Positions 8,067 through 16,995 of a stretch of 50,162 bases of DNA are shown here, piece after piece. Position 1 is the first letter of the stretch. Every line of letters begins with the position of its first letter. The DNA comes from a virus: the IMG/VR virus record IMGVR_UViG_3300045988_054790; one strand, written 5' to 3'. The position numbers were made by a program, and so were the translations under genes. The notes under the pieces are model-generated. The model was not told where the DNA came from and ran no database searches. It saw only the letters and a program-made list of their open reading frames with translations.

Positions 8067-9575
8067 TTACACTTTCGTCAGATATTTCTTGTCCACGTTT
8101 CCTGTGATTGCGCCGCTTTTCAGCGTGGAAACTGAAATGCGGTCGCCGCTGATTGCCCGGACATACAGCTTTGCGCTGTACACCCACGAGGAGAATTTGC
8201 GCGTGGTGCCGTAGACTGTGGCAGCCTTGTCCATCGTCACCTGATCGCCCACGGCCAGCGCCGCCGCTTCGGTCTTGATGTCCGCCGCGTCCACCCAGCC
8301 GTACACGGTGCTTCCGCCGCCGCTCACGGCGACAAGGTGATACGGATGCCTGCTCACAAGCGGCTGATACACCTGCGTCACCTTGGCCTTGCCCGGCTTG
8401 CACGGTTTGCCCACGGTGCTGTTTGCGCTGGTGTAGTGCCTCTCGCCGGTGAATGTCACGATGTCGCCCACCTTGCACCCGCCGCCCTTGGTCGGTGCAG
8501 CGTCCGTCGCAGTCCCGCCGCCGGTCGCCTCCTTTCCGCCGTACTTCGGTACGCCGTAGCCGCGAATGTACCGTCCGTTCACAGAAATGGTGCGGCGCTT
8601 CACGCTGTCGGAGTAGTTGCCCTCAATGACGGTGATGCTTGTCCCGCTGACCTTTTCCACGATGCCCACATGATCGGCGCTGCCGGTGCAGTCTCCCACG
8701 CCGCTGTCCTGCCAGTCGTAGAAAATGTAGTCGCCGGGCTTCGGCACATAAGCGTCGCCCTCCTGCCAGCTCCCCAGCTTCTTGAACAGCTCGATGTGCT
8801 TTCCGCAGCCGCACTCCGTCGGGATGATGTCGGTCATTCCCGCCGCGATAGCGACGGTGCTTGCGAACGTGCTGCACCATGCGTCCGTGTACTTCACGGC
8901 GTAGCCACGGGCCAGCGGCTTGTGACTGTTGTACAGGTCGATGATCTTCCTGTGGCTTCCGTCGCTCTCTTTGCATCCGATGTAGCTCTGGGCGATGCTC
9001 ACGATCTTCTGCCGCTGTTCCTGTTCCGTCATAGGCTTTCCTCCGCTTCCTGCGGCGCTCCCTGCCGCATACTTGTCATAATACCGCTGGCCGAACGCAG
9101 CCCGTCTTGCCTGCGCCGCCTCGCTCCGATCTGCCGGGCGTTCAAATTTCAGCAGCACCGTGTCCGATGCTGCCCGGACGCTTCCAGCCGTTTTCAGCAC
9201 GGCCAGCACCGCCTTATAGTCCTCCCGCAGCTCTTTCATCAGGAAATCAAGCTGCATTTCCAGATCGCCGATGCTCTTTCGGCAGCACTGGGCATAGTCC
9301 AGCAGCTCTGCCTTGCGGGAGCAGTACGTCCATTGGGCGAGGCCGTAGCCCGCCTTATCCGTTGCGAAGAACTGATACTTGCCGCTGTCCACCGCCGCCG
9401 TATAGCTTGCGTCGGTCATGCCAAGTCTTTTTTCGTATAGGTTCTCCACGTTGTTCGGGATAAGGCCGCTCTCCGCATACAGGTTTCCAATCAGACCGGC
9501 GGTGCCAAAGTCGTTCAGCCCCGCACCTTTCAGATAATTCCAGATTTTCTCCTCGTTGTTCTTTCCTGCCAGCAT
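8067..9575 (-). CDS. Multidomain endolysin: lysozyme-like N-domain + CHAP + two SH3-like wall-binding repeats
   Basis: N-terminal GLIGNLYAESGL...YGLAQWT...LLKFERP. The central domain has TDAWCSTF ... HVGIV (Cys/His of a CHAP domain). The C-terminus has two VGD..V...Y repeat modules. Confidence 0.85.
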   Translation of the reverse strand: MLAGKNNEEKIWNYLKGAGLNDFGTAGLIGNLYAESGLIPNNVENLYEKRLGMTDASYTAAVDSGKYQFFATDKAGYGLAQWTYCSRKAELLDYAQCCRKSIGDLEMQLDFLMKELREDYKAVLAVLKTAGSVRAASDTVLLKFERPADRSEAAQARRAAFGQRYYDKYAAGSAAGSGGKPMTEQEQRQKIVSIAQSYIGCKESDGSHRKIIDLYNSHKPLARGYAVKYTDAWCSTFASTVAIAAGMTDIIPTECGCGKHIELFKKLGSWQEGDAYVPKPGDYIFYDWQDSGVGDCTGSADHVGIVEKVSGTSITVIEGNYSDSVKRRTISVNGRYIRGYGVPKYGGKEATGGGTATDAAPTKGGGCKVGDIVTFTGERHYTSANSTVGKPCKPGKAKVTQVYQPLVSRHPYHLVAVSGGGSTVYGWVDAADIKTEAAALAVGDQVTMDKAATVYGTTRKFSSWVYSAKLYVRAISGDRISVSTLKSGAITGNVDKKYLTKV

Positions 9576-9588
9576 GATCTATCCCTCC

Positions 9589-9903
9589 TCACGGTTCCTC
9601 TGTCTGCTGTGCAATCCGTTCCGCCTCCTCTTTTTCCCGTCTCATGTCCGCAAGCTGCCACCGCCTGTCCTGCTTCTTCTCCTTGGTGGTCTTTATCCAG
9701 CCGAGGATGCCGCACTCGCCGCCCAGCGTGGCGAACACGCAGGTGATCAGCGTATCCGGCACGGAGCCGTACACGGTAAACAGCACGATCATGGCAATCG
9801 TAAATACCGTCAGACACAAAAAGACGATCAGCAGAATAAAGTCCATGGTTCCCATGCGCTTCTTCCGGCCTTTCGTCTTTGCCTGTGTTCGCTTTCCCGC
9901 CAT
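9589..9903 (-). CDS. Hypothetical membrane protein (two TM segments), possible holin partner
   Basis: Hydrophobic segments FILLIVFLCLTVFTIAMIVLF and TLITCVFATLGGECGILGW. Adjacent to the endolysin. Confidence 0.5.
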   Translation of the reverse strand: MAGKRTQAKTKGRKKRMGTMDFILLIVFLCLTVFTIAMIVLFTVYGSVPDTLITCVFATLGGECGILGWIKTTKEKKQDRRWQLADMRREKEEAERIAQQTEEP

Positions 9904-9904
9904 G

Positions 9905-10189
9905 TCAGTCCTCCTTGATGTGCGGGTGCGCGCTTTTATTCAGGTGCTTATCCAGTTTGTCCAGCGCATCCTTGCACGGCCCGTTGCACCCCTGCTCCAC
10001 AAGCCCCTGCAACGCACCACGCAGGCCATAGCAGATAAGCGTCTGCTCCTCCTGAATGGCGTTGATGAACTCGCTCTGCTTTTTGTTGCTCTCAATGACC
10101 TTGTACACGGAAACAATGGCGGCGACCAGCGCTCCGATTGCTCCCAAAAGGCTGGCCGCCTTAATGATGGTGTCCGCGTCGATGTACAT
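9905..10189 (-). CDS. Hypothetical membrane-anchored protein (94 aa)
   Basis: N-terminal TM segment LLGAIGALVAAIVSV, then a helical region. Confidence 0.5.
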   Translation of the reverse strand: MYIDADTIIKAASLLGAIGALVAAIVSVYKVIESNKKQSEFINAIQEEQTLICYGLRGALQGLVEQGCNGPCKDALDKLDKHLNKSAHPHIKED

Positions 10190-10207
10190 TTTCCTGTCCT
10201 CCTGCTT

Positions 10208-10390
10208 TCACTCCGGCCATTCGTCCCCGCCGATGGCCCTGCGGTATGCCTCGTCGGCCTCCGCGATCTCGTCTCTCCCGGTCACGGTGTCGCCCAGCTC
10301 CGCAAGTCGTGTCGCCAGCACCCGGACGGTACGCGCCTGCATTTCCACAAGCGCCTCCAGTTCTGCGATGATCTGCAAATGACTGCTCAC
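10208..10390 (-). CDS. Hypothetical small protein (about 60 aa, start uncertain)
   Basis: GTG 10390 overlaps the upstream stop (GTGA). The sequence looks coiled-coil-like. Confidence 0.35.
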   Translation of the reverse strand: MSSHLQIIAELEALVEMQARTVRVLATRLAELGDTVTGRDEIAEADEAYRRAIGGDEWPE

Positions 10391-11031
10391 GCCGTCGCCT
10401 CCGTCCAGCCGTATACCCCCGGTTCCCACACATTGGCATCCGCCGTTGATGTCCAATGCTTCCCATTGTGGCTCACCTTGTCGCCCTTTGCGTAAGCGTC
10501 ATGCGCCCCCACCGGCTTGCTCCATTCCGGCCATTCTTCCGCCGGGTCAGATGCCGCCGACCAAAGCGACACCGCCTTGTCCGGTTCCCATCCCGCCTGT
10601 GAGGTGTGCGCCTGTACGCATTTGTACAGCTTGTTCCCCCAGTTGCGTAGCTGCCCAACCGTGTAAGCAACGCCGGTCTGCCACGTTTCAAACAGGCTCT
10701 TGTGCTCCCCCGCAGTCACAGCGTCGATGCTTCCACTCTCCGCCAGCGTCACAAAGGCGATCTCCGTTGCCTTTCTCGTTTCTTCCGTCAACTTTGTCCT
10801 TTCCACATACCTGTAATGCTCGCTGATGGTATAGAAGTCGTACCGCGTCCCGTCCTCGTCCGTGTCGCTGTGATAGTGCCGGTCGATGCGGCAGCGGTCT
10901 GTGATGCTGCTGTCGTCGTACTCCCGCACTGTGGTCAGGTATTCGCCCTCCCGCAGCGCGGGGCCACCCACGATTTTCAGGTTTTCCCGTTCTACGCCGC
11001 CGATAACGCTTGTTCCGTAGACGTATTCCAT
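10387..11031 (-). CDS. Tail-associated protein with two CBM5/12-like carbohydrate-binding repeats
   Basis: ATG 11031 (MEYVYGTS...). The C-terminal repeats are YTVGQLRNWGNKLYKCVQAHTSQAGWEP and YAKGDKVSHNGKHWTSTADANVWEPGVYGW. Confidence 0.65.
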   Translation of the reverse strand: MEYVYGTSVIGGVERENLKIVGGPALREGEYLTTVREYDDSSITDRCRIDRHYHSDTDEDGTRYDFYTISEHYRYVERTKLTEETRKATEIAFVTLAESGSIDAVTAGEHKSLFETWQTGVAYTVGQLRNWGNKLYKCVQAHTSQAGWEPDKAVSLWSAASDPAEEWPEWSKPVGAHDAYAKGDKVSHNGKHWTSTADANVWEPGVYGWTEATA

Positions 11032-12001
11032 CTTGCCCGCTCCTTTCTTGCGTGTTCTCTGACCACGCATTTCAATTTCCGCTGCAAGCCCGTCTCCACA
11101 TAGTTCTGGAAAAAGTGGACGTGATTGCAGTGCTTCATCTGGCCCAGTCTGGATAAAAGCCCCTGCGCCAACGCTGGCTTGATCGCGTGGTGCCGCCGCA
11201 TGGTACGGCGGCAGACGGAAAGAGAATGTTTCAGGCGCACCATGTTTCGTTTCCGCAGCAGGGTATACCCTCGCCCGAAGCGATACCCCAGCGCCGCCGC
11301 AGCTTCCGCTTGTTCCGCCCGAACAAGGTAAAGTTGTCCATGTACCGCAGGTAGTGGTCGCACAGGCCGCTTTCCCGTATCAGCCGGTCAAGCGGTTGCA
11401 GCACCGTGTTGGCAAACCATTGGGAAAAGTAAGCGCCGATCAGAATGCCGTGCTTCATCAGCCGCTCGCATACCTCCAGCATCCGCCGGTCTTTCACCAG
11501 CCGCCGGAGCCGCTTCATCACCGTCTCCGCCGTCAAACTGTCGTAGAAATGGTGGATGTCCAGCTCCTCGGCGTACTTCGTCCCTTTTGGGTCTGTCCGC
11601 ATCCACTTCTTGATGGCCCGAACGCCGTAATGGATGCCCCGGTTTCGGATGCTCCCGCAGCAGAAATTGTCCATGCCCCGCATCATGATCGGCTCCAACA
11701 CCTGAATGACGGCGTGATGCACATACTGGTCAGGCCACAGTCTCGGCTCCGATATGTCCCGCCACTTGCCAGCGCTCTTGTCCCAGCGCCGCGCAAGCCT
11801 CGGCTCGTTCGCCTCGTAACCGCCTGTAATGATCTCTCGCAGCTCTTTTACATAGCGGTCAACGTCTGCCTCCACCCGTGCTACCGTCCGGTTTGGCCTG
11901 TGGTGCGGATGGAAGCGGTGTGTCACGTTCACGGCGAAGATCGCCAGCCGCAGGTTTTCTTCCGATACCAGCTTTGGAAATAGGTTGTTTGCTCGTTTCA
12001 T
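10992..12001 (-). pseudogene. DGR-type reverse transcriptase, apparently disrupted (two frames, YMDN box)
   Basis: ATG 12001 follows AAGGAGG. Motifs are ILIGAYFSQWFANTVL and RYMDNFTLFG. Frame 1 stops at 11231. The thumb-like LGYRFGRGYTLLRKRN... continues in the frame of ORF 10992-11363. Confidence 0.75.
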
Positions 12002-12180
12002 CAGGAATGTTTTCCTCCTTTTAGCCTCACGGTCTTTCCATCGCCCCCGCAGGTTGCGGAAGTGTACTAAACCGTGTCCTGATGGCTTATCTGCACCAAG
12101 GGGTGCCGAGGATGTCCGCGCCCCGGCGTGGGTCTTTGCGTTGCCGGGTGTGGAGGTGGGTAGCCAGTCCATAAAAGGAC

Positions 12181-12319
12181 GCGGCAGCCGATGTTCGCGT
12201 TCGAGTTGGACGCGCTGTTGTAGTTCACGTAGAACAGCCCGTGGTTCCCGTTCTGGTTATAGTTACCGCCGAAGTGCAGACACGGGTTGGAAGCATTGAA
12301 GTTCCAGTTATCCGCCGAA
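12181..12319 (-). repeat. DGR template repeat (TR)
   Basis: 139 bp colinear with 12482-12620. It differs at 15 positions, all T on the plus strand (A in the sense of the target gene). Confidence 0.9.
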
Positions 12320-12428
12320 CCAAGAAGCAAGGCACCGACTGCGTGCGCGGTCATCCCCTGTATTTTCAAGCCGCCTGTGCGGCTGAAAACCCGTTAGCCT
12401 TTTGTGCGGCCTGCGGGCCGCAGGATAC

Positions 12429-12454
12429 GCAGAGGGGGATGCGTCCCCCTCTGC
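12429..12454 (-). promoter_or_regulatory. GC-rich hairpin downstream of VR (candidate DGR target-recognition hairpin/terminator)
   Basis: 11-bp perfect stem GCAGAGGGGGA/TCCCCCTCTGC with a 4-nt loop. It lies 27 nt from the VR end and 9 nt past the stop codon. Confidence 0.6.
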
Positions 12455-12463
12455 ACTCCCCCG

Positions 12464-14926
12464 TCAGGGGAGTTTTTGGAGGCGGCAGCCGATGTCCGCG
12501 TTCGAGTTGGACGCGCTGCCGTAGTTCACGCAGAACAGCCCGCGGCCCCCGTCCTGGTAATAGCTACCGCCGAAGCGCAGACACGGGTAGGAAGCATTGA
12601 AGCTCCAGCGATCCGCCGAATACGTCGTCTCACTCCCGCCCGATGCCGTGGGATAGATAACCCATTCCAGACCGGCCACTGTTGCCACGGTAAAGGCGCT
12701 GGGCCATCCGCTCGACGGAACACCCACGGCGGTGCCGCCGCTGTTGTCGCTGAAACTGCTGGGCGTGTTGATGATGTTTAGGCCGTTGCTGTTGTAGTAG
12801 CAGCCGTCGCCCCAGTCATACACGTTGTCCCACAGACCCTCGATATAGCGGTACTGCGTACCGATACCATAGCTGTCCCGGCTTGCAAGCGTCGTTCCGG
12901 TGTGATAGGGCATACTGTCCGTATAGCCCATATTCTCCGTTGCGCTGTTGTTGCCGCAGCCCTTGCCGATGGTTTTCTGGCTGTTCCAGTCTGCGAACTC
13001 CACAAGGTACAGCATCCAGATCGTCATACGCATCTGAATGTCGCTCTGCCAGATGTTGCTCCCCAGATTGTGGATGCTCGTGCGGGCCGTGCTGCGTGTG
13101 ATATTCGCTTTCGGCTTTACGCCGGACTGGCTCTTGTAGTTGTTGGTGTTGCAGTGATAGCGGCCAATGTACACAATGTCCCGCTCTCCCTTGCCGTCCC
13201 CTCGGTCGGCATGGGCGGGGGAGACGTGAAAGCCGTCCGTTTCCTTATCCGCGATCTGGAGTTTCAGGCTGTTTCCGCTCTTTGTCCACTTGTACCAGAA
13301 TTTCGGGATAGCCACCAGCTCACCGGCCACCGCATCCGTCACGCGTACCATCCCGCTCCACGGGTACAGGTTGTCAAATGGGCTTCCGTAACTGGTTGCC
13401 CCCGCTCGGTACGGGGTCGGGTTCACGAAGCTGGCCGCCTCGTCTGTGCGGCTCCACACCGTTGTGCTGGTGCCGTCCCACACCACGCCGTAGATGTGCC
13501 GGTAGGCCAGCTTCACATTTACCGTCTGTCCGTCCGCCGTGATGGTTGCGGTATCCTCCGCCGTCTCTCCGTTCTTGGTGGCGGTGATGGTGTAGGTGCC
13601 GCTTTCCGTCACGGTGAAGTCCACTGTCCCCGTTGCAGATGCCGTCTTGCTCTGCGTCTTGCTCCCCTTGGTGCAGGTGACGGTGGAGCCGCTGTCAATG
13701 CTCACATGGATGGTGGCGGTGAAATAGGAGAGCGTCGCCGTGTACTGCTGCACCACAGAGACCGTCACCGTATCCGTGGCAGTCTGCCCGTTCTTGGTGG
13801 CCTTGATGGTGTATGTTCCGTAGTCCTCCACATCAAACGTCCATTTCCCGCCGCTCTCCGTTGCGGTGTATACCTTGGTTCCCAGCGTGGCCGTCACCGT
13901 GGAGCCGGTGGGCGCGGTCACAACGATCTGCGCCGTCATGCCTACCTGCGGCAGACTGTCCGCGCTGAGCTTGCCGTCTGCCCCCAGCGTCGGGATGCCG
14001 TTCGGCACGTTGATGGGGAGCTGATCGGTGTCCATCTTCCCGTCCGCGCCGAGACCTGCCACGCCGCCCGGCGTATTGACAGGGAGCTGGCCGGTGCCAA
14101 CCTTGCCGTCCGTTCCGATGCCCGCAACGCCGCCCGGCGTATTGATGGGGAGCTGGTCGGTGCCAACCTTGCTGTCCTCTCCCAGTCCGGCCACTCCGCC
14201 CGGTGTGTTGACAGGGAGCTGGCTGACCGGCACCTTTCCGTCTGTCCCCAGCCCCGCCTTTTTGGCAAGAGCCGCCGCCACCGCACCGCTGGTCAGCAGC
14301 TTGTCGCTGTTCTCCGTCGGCACCGTGTCGAACGTCTGCGCCGTAACGCCGCCCTTGCCGTCGCCTTTCAGGATACCGCTGGCGGTGATCTTGTCCTGCT
14401 TGTCCGTAATGGCCTGACGGATACCCTCGTGCGCGTTTTCATCCTCGTTGTGTGCCTTGATGGCAGCCGCCATGCTTTCTGCTGTCACCAGCGCCGAAGC
14501 GTCGATGGTCACCTGCAGCGTCCCGCCGCTTCCCGAAAACTCCAGCAACCCGTAGAACGTGTACACGTAGTCCGGCACGTCCGTCTTGCTGGGGATTTCC
14601 ACGCCCGCGTCCGTGTCCGTCTGAAACAGGGCGATCAGCCTTGCCGCGCCGCTGTCCAGCTTTGCCCAGATACCAAGCTGGTTCAGGGGGTATCCCGTCG
14701 CCAGTGGTGTCACTTGCAGTTGCAGCTTTTGCCCCTGCGCCGTTGTCTTGTTGGACAGGATGCTGACTGTCTGCTTTTCACTCACAAGCGCCGTCTGCGC
14801 CAGCATCGCCGCCTCGCTCACGCGGCCCGTTCCCGCCGCTGCGCGGGTGATGGTCAGCGTCTTTCCCGCCGTCCATTGTGCCAGCAGCTCACTGCCGCTG
14901 TTGGTGATAACGCCTTTCCATGCCAC
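12464..14926 (-). CDS. Tail fibre / receptor-binding protein with C-terminal C-type-lectin-like DGR variable region
   Basis: 820 aa. N-terminus MAWKGVITNSG..L is like tail-collar fibre proteins. It has GxDGK..QLP repeats and two Ig-like modules, and the C-terminus carries the VR. Confidence 0.9.
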   Translation of the reverse strand: MAWKGVITNSGSELLAQWTAGKTLTITRAAAGTGRVSEAAMLAQTALVSEKQTVSILSNKTTAQGQKLQLQVTPLATGYPLNQLGIWAKLDSGAARLIALFQTDTDAGVEIPSKTDVPDYVYTFYGLLEFSGSGGTLQVTIDASALVTAESMAAAIKAHNEDENAHEGIRQAITDKQDKITASGILKGDGKGGVTAQTFDTVPTENSDKLLTSGAVAAALAKKAGLGTDGKVPVSQLPVNTPGGVAGLGEDSKVGTDQLPINTPGGVAGIGTDGKVGTGQLPVNTPGGVAGLGADGKMDTDQLPINVPNGIPTLGADGKLSADSLPQVGMTAQIVVTAPTGSTVTATLGTKVYTATESGGKWTFDVEDYGTYTIKATKNGQTATDTVTVSVVQQYTATLSYFTATIHVSIDSGSTVTCTKGSKTQSKTASATGTVDFTVTESGTYTITATKNGETAEDTATITADGQTVNVKLAYRHIYGVVWDGTSTTVWSRTDEAASFVNPTPYRAGATSYGSPFDNLYPWSGMVRVTDAVAGELVAIPKFWYKWTKSGNSLKLQIADKETDGFHVSPAHADRGDGKGERDIVYIGRYHCNTNNYKSQSGVKPKANITRSTARTSIHNLGSNIWQSDIQMRMTIWMLYLVEFADWNSQKTIGKGCGNNSATENMGYTDSMPYHTGTTLASRDSYGIGTQYRYIEGLWDNVYDWGDGCYYNSNGLNIINTPSSFSDNSGGTAVGVPSSGWPSAFTVATVAGLEWVIYPTASGGSETTYSADRWSFNASYPCLRFGGSYYQDGGRGLFCVNYGSASNSNADIGCRLQKLP
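12482..12620 (-). repeat. DGR variable repeat (VR)
   Basis: Matches the TR except at adenine positions. Encodes the last ~46 residues (ADRWSFNASYPCLRFGGSYYQDGGRGLFCVNYGSASNSNADIGCRLQ). Confidence 0.9.
13946..14254 (-). repeat. Tandem ~57-bp coding repeats (19-aa GxDGKV..QLPxNTPGGVAG units) in the fibre gene
   Basis: About five consecutive units visible in both DNA and protein (residues ~225-327). Confidence 0.8.
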
Positions 14927-14944
14927 TTTTCGTTTCCTCCTGAC

Positions 14945-15538
14945 TTAGAATTTCGATGCGCTGCCGAAGTCAACCACCGCCGCGCCAGCCATAGCCGCGA
15001 TGCCGTAGGCCGTTGCGGTGCCGCCCGCATCGTAATATTCCACTTCCTCCAGATGTGCGCTGAACCGCTTGGCAGCGGCGAGCCGACGTTCGATCTCCGC
15101 GATGGTCATGGCGGCGAACTTCTGCCGCTCCTCCACGGTGGTGATGTTTACCCGCAGCCGGAATTTCCCGTGGGTGCCGCCATACTCAAACCATTCCTCC
15201 AGCTTTGTTCCCGGATAGATCGCGTCGGCCTGCGTTCTTGCAGCTCCCGCAGTTCCCATTGTTCGCCGGATATTCAGCGCCGTCTTAACGATGCGCCGCT
15301 TCTGCTCGATGTCATACCCTGTGTCGTACCAGTCGATCTTCCAGTTCACGGCCAGCGCATCCAGCACCTCCTCGGCCACGGTGTCGATGGCGGTATAGAT
15401 TTGGCTTGCGTCGATGTAATCCATCGTTTTCCGGTGCAGCTCCAGCATCGCCAGCGACAGCGCCCTGACCCACGGCTGCTCCGCAAGGACGTGGGGCAGG
15501 CCGTCCGCAATTTGCGCGTCTTTCAGCCCCTTAATCAT
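14945..15538 (-). CDS. Baseplate/tail protein, P2 gpI-like
   Basis: LPHVLAEQPWVRALSLAM...LAVNWKIDWYD...KRRIV pattern. ATG 15538 has a GGAGGG 7 nt upstream; the alternative ATG is at 15553. Confidence 0.7.
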   Translation of the reverse strand: MIKGLKDAQIADGLPHVLAEQPWVRALSLAMLELHRKTMDYIDASQIYTAIDTVAEEVLDALAVNWKIDWYDTGYDIEQKRRIVKTALNIRRTMGTAGAARTQADAIYPGTKLEEWFEYGGTHGKFRLRVNITTVEERQKFAAMTIAEIERRLAAAKRFSAHLEEVEYYDAGGTATAYGIAAMAGAAVVDFGSASKF

Positions 15539-16688
15539 CCTCCAGCCCTCCATAGGTCACGGTCGCGCCGCTGCATTTCGGCAGCTCCGTCGCCTCGATC
15601 ACGGTATCCACCGGGGCTGTCAGCGTTACTCGCTTAGCTCCCGCCTCCCGCAGCCGGGCAATTAGCTCCGTAGGGTTGATGTCCCGTCCCAGCTTTCTTT
15701 GCCATGTCTGGAAGTCCGCCACCGCTGCCGCGATGCGGCTCTGTATCTCGCTCACGCTCCGCTGGTCGCTTTCCGCAATCCAGTATTTCACGGTGATGGC
15801 GTATCCCACCTCGCCCGGTGCCAGCGCCGTCACCTTGTCGCACAGCGGGCGGATGGTCTCGTCGTCCAGATAGGCCTCCATGGCCGTCAGCTCCGTGCTG
15901 TTTGGTACGCGCAGCCCATTCTCGTCCTCGATCACGAAGTAGATATTCACCTCGTCCGGCAGCGGACTGACGATGCGCACATCGGCTACATCGCCCCGCC
16001 ACTCCCGCGCGTAGTATTCATAGGCATCGCGCGGCCCGGCGCAGCTATATACGCTGGGGGCGAGGTAGATGCGCCGTGTCAGGCTGTCGTCGTCCTCTGC
16101 GTCCAGTCCGCCGGTGCTTGGTGTGGTGTTGCTCACGCTGGCAACATAGGCGATAGGGTCAACCAGTATCTTGATGCCGCCGGTCAGAATGCCGTTGCTA
16201 TCCGCTCCGGCCTCCTCCGCCTGCACCACCACGTCGGTGTAGGTCTCTCCCGCCGCGATCTCGCCGTATTCCACGGTGTTGAAATATTTCCCGTCCTCGC
16301 TCTTGACCCGCGTTCCCGTCGGAATGGCCGTCGCGCCGTTTTGCGCCTCCGAAAGCGTAAAGCGCACCGTCGCCGTGGCCCGGTTTGCCTCTTTGCGCGT
16401 CAGCCCCACAAGAGCAGCCAGCGCATCCAGCGCGTCTCCGGTGCTGGTTTTCAGCATTTCCATCCGTCCCTTTGCGTCGGCGTACTGCATTGTCTGATAC
16501 TCCATCGCGCAAAAGGCTTTCATCAGCAGGTTCAGCGGGTCGGCTTCGCCGATCTCCGGCTCCTTACCCGTGGCCTCCCGGTAATACTTGGTGTACAGCT
16601 CACGGAGCTGTTCTTCCGTCTCCTGCAAAGTCATGCTTTCGATGAAGCTCAGCTCCGGGCAGTTTGCCAATTCAGCGATATTAGACAA
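15531..16688 (-). CDS. Baseplate J-like protein
   Basis: 385 aa. Position and pattern are typical of the gpJ/gp47 family, between the gpW-like and gpI-like genes. Confidence 0.75.
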   Translation of the reverse strand: MSNIAELANCPELSFIESMTLQETEEQLRELYTKYYREATGKEPEIGEADPLNLLMKAFCAMEYQTMQYADAKGRMEMLKTSTGDALDALAALVGLTRKEANRATATVRFTLSEAQNGATAIPTGTRVKSEDGKYFNTVEYGEIAAGETYTDVVVQAEEAGADSNGILTGGIKILVDPIAYVASVSNTTPSTGGLDAEDDDSLTRRIYLAPSVYSCAGPRDAYEYYAREWRGDVADVRIVSPLPDEVNIYFVIEDENGLRVPNSTELTAMEAYLDDETIRPLCDKVTALAPGEVGYAITVKYWIAESDQRSVSEIQSRIAAAVADFQTWQRKLGRDINPTELIARLREAGAKRVTLTAPVDTVIEATELPKCSGATVTYGGLEDD

Positions 16689-16995
16689 GCTCGATCACCA
16701 CCTTTGGCGTCATATTTCCGTCCTGCGATTTTCCCGCAGTCCATTCCACACGGACGACACGCGCCCGTGGCTCATACTGTTCTGTCTTGCGCACATACTC
16801 CGCCGCCAGCAGGACTTGCGCATTTTCCTGCGGGCAGTCGATGATCGTTCCGTCGATGCCGAACTCCCGGTCGAGCGCCTGCTCTCCGGCCCTCGTGGCG
16901 TAAAGCACCTGCAAATTGCGGTACACCTCCGCCGCCGTGCTGTCGTTCGCGCTCCCCGGCAGTATCTCGATCACCGCGTTTTCCGTTGATAACAT
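16681..16995 (-). CDS. Small baseplate wedge protein (gpW/gp25-like position)
   Basis: 104 aa. Overlaps the J-like gene by 8 nt. Confidence 0.55.
   Translation of the reverse strand: MLSTENAVIEILPGSANDSTAAEVYRNLQVLYATRAGEQALDREFGIDGTIIDCPQENAQVLLAAEYVRKTEQYEPRARVVRVEWTAGKSQDGNMTPKVVIELV

Noticed and set aside
12067-12369. 100-aa ORF covering the template repeat
   Set aside because: It exists only because the TR copies the fibre C-terminal coding sequence. It has no RBS or start context, and the sequence outside the TR is nonsense-like. It is treated as the non-coding TR plus spacer.
12320-12481. Search for a DGR accessory gene (Avd) between VR and TR or around the RT
   Set aside because: The gaps are only 162 bp and 179 bp, and no ~120-aa helical ORF is present nearby. 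Absence is recorded rather than a feature called.
12902-15637. 911-aa plus-strand ORF, and similar giants (27735-30506 +, 20462-22495 +, 24541-26322 +, 39292-40566 -, 41527-42633 -)
   Set aside because: These are antisense shadow ORFs of clearly homologous structural or early genes in a high-GC genome. Their translations are Arg/Ala/Gly/His-rich and low-complexity with no recognisable motifs.
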